64,000 bases of DNA from Selaginella moellendorffii (Eukaryota; Plantae; Lycopodiophyta): assembly GCF_000143415.4 (NCBI RefSeq), contig NW_003314270.1:470527-534526 (forward strand). Direction: 5' to 3'. Shown in pieces: positions 62,601 through 64,000 of this stretch (position 1 is its first letter; the number at the start of each line of letters is the position of its first letter). A program made the position numbers and the translations under genes. The notes under the pieces were generated by a model. The model saw nothing but the letters and a program-made list of their open reading frames with translations, did not search any database and was not told where the DNA came from.

Positions 62601-64000
62601 TCTTAGACTTCTCCAATGGCTGATCTGTTGGTCACTTTGCTCGAAAACCATTCCGTTTTCGTAAGCCAGTACAAACTAGTGAAGGGGTTGGAGTTGACTT
62701 CGGTTGGCTTAGATCTTAGTAGGTAGTTTGTAAGATGCGACCCGAAAGGGATGCTAACTTTTGGGGCTAGAGCAATTGAGTTGGATAGAGTCTGGAGTTG
62801 GTGTAGAAAAGTGGCTGTTGTGCTTTTCTAAGAAAGGTGACCCTTGTGCCTTTCTTTTGTAGCATTGTGCTTGGTGGCAGTTTGCACCTTGTATTACGTT
62901 AGACTCTATGAGAGTAGTGAGCTCTCACTGATCTTGACTTGGTCTTGGTGGCTGCACCTTGGCTGAGGATGGTGATGTCCAACTTAGTTGTTTGAGGTTA
63001 AGATGTTGGTACCTGTACTATAGCTTTGTCTATGAGGAGGTTGTGTACCGATATGAGTTCATCTCATGGTCTTCACTTTCGTTTCGGCTGAGTGTTGATC
63101 ATGCATAGCTAGCCTCTTCAAGGCATGCTCAGAGCTAGTGGCTAAATGTTTGAGTGAGCTTATTGCGGTTGAGTTGGATTCGGGTGGTCATTTAGTTTGT
63201 GCTTGTCTATGAACTTTTATCTCGTACCTGGGGTATTATGTTCATGTTGGACAAGTATGTGACTTGATGATATGAGTTGGTGTTTGGGTCTTGTGAACGT
63301 AAGTTGAAGAGTGATTGTTAGTTGCTTTGCGACTAGTGATTACTTGTAGACTTCATCAAGGACAATTGACACTTGCTTTGCTCGATGATGATTTAGCAGT
63401 GATGGGCTTGCTTTACCGGATGGTGTTGCGGAGGATCGTGTCGTTAGACTTGCATAGGTTTTCTATGTTAGTATATCGATTCTATCTCTGTCGATATCAT
63501 TTGGTTACGTTTAGTCTGTGGTGTTGGATTTCATTGAGTCTTGGATGTGGTGATTCACTCTTTGATGAAATGTTATCTGTAACTGAGTATTGCTGAAGGA
63601 TTGGTCTCGGATACTAAGTAAAGTATCTTTGACCTGATTAGCTTAGTTGCTAGGAAGTTTTGAGTGGTGATTCACTTGTGCTTTCTTCTAGCTTTGTTAT
63701 GGTGTTAATGGCATTGAAGTGATGCCTTATCGTTGATATTATTGATGTTGAGATTTGAGTGAAATGAGATGTCTCTCCGCAAGATTGATGTCGAGTTTCG
63801 TTAGTCTTGATGAAGATAGTGTTGATGATTTGGCTGTAGCTTTGTGTTGTTGGCATTCGTGCAATTGCTAATTAGCAACTGCATTGACGTTCAAATGAAC
63901 TGAGTGGCAAGTTTGGGTTAGTTGTGTTCTAGACGAGATTGCTTAGTTGAGGTTGAGCTTTAGCTTTTCCTTGAAAAGTGATTTAGTCGTGGACAATGCT
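59672..64000 (+). mobile_element. Younger copy of the LARD-like element: 5' LTR ~59672-60808, Met PBS 60811-60821, non-coding interior running off the window
   Basis: LTR ends GTGCGCTACA followed by TTTGGTATCAGAG. The interior is the reverse-complement homologue of ~3840-7039, with CpGs retained. Confidence 0.9.
60676..60724. promoter_or_regulatory. Cluster of four G-box/ABRE-like elements in the LARD LTR
   Basis: CACGTG at 60676, 60689, 60703 and 60717, mostly in an ACGTGGC context. Confidence 0.6.

Overview
Eukaryotic plant nuclear DNA. Very short spliceosomal introns (about 40-70 nt), dense genes and the TE complement suggest a lycophyte such as Selaginella; this is inference. A compact gene island (about 14-36 kb) holds a small membrane protein, a DUF179 protein, a BTR1/Nova-like KH protein, MSH4, an orphan kelch-like ORF, a peroxidase pseudogene, a CLE peptide gene, tRNA-His, a fungal-type MYND/DUF4470 gene and an NPF/PTR transporter. 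TE nests flank it. On the left, a non-coding LARD-like LTR element (TSD TACTG) is inserted into a relative's LTR, followed by a 5S-bearing Cassandra-like TRIM and a decayed Gypsy. On the right are a decayed DDD-type DNA transposon studded with a palindromic motif and a young tandem LTR-int-LTR-int-LTR chromovirus fused back-to-back to a younger LARD copy. The most notable item is that the chromovirus and its LARD relative share LTR ends and leader but have different 18-nt primer-binding slots: tRNA-iMet-type in the LARD, U5-complementary (possibly self-priming) in the chromovirus. Also notable: an in-frame TAG before the integrase GPY/F-chromodomain module in both copies, and an unexplained 24-nt length-neutral block substitution in one copy.
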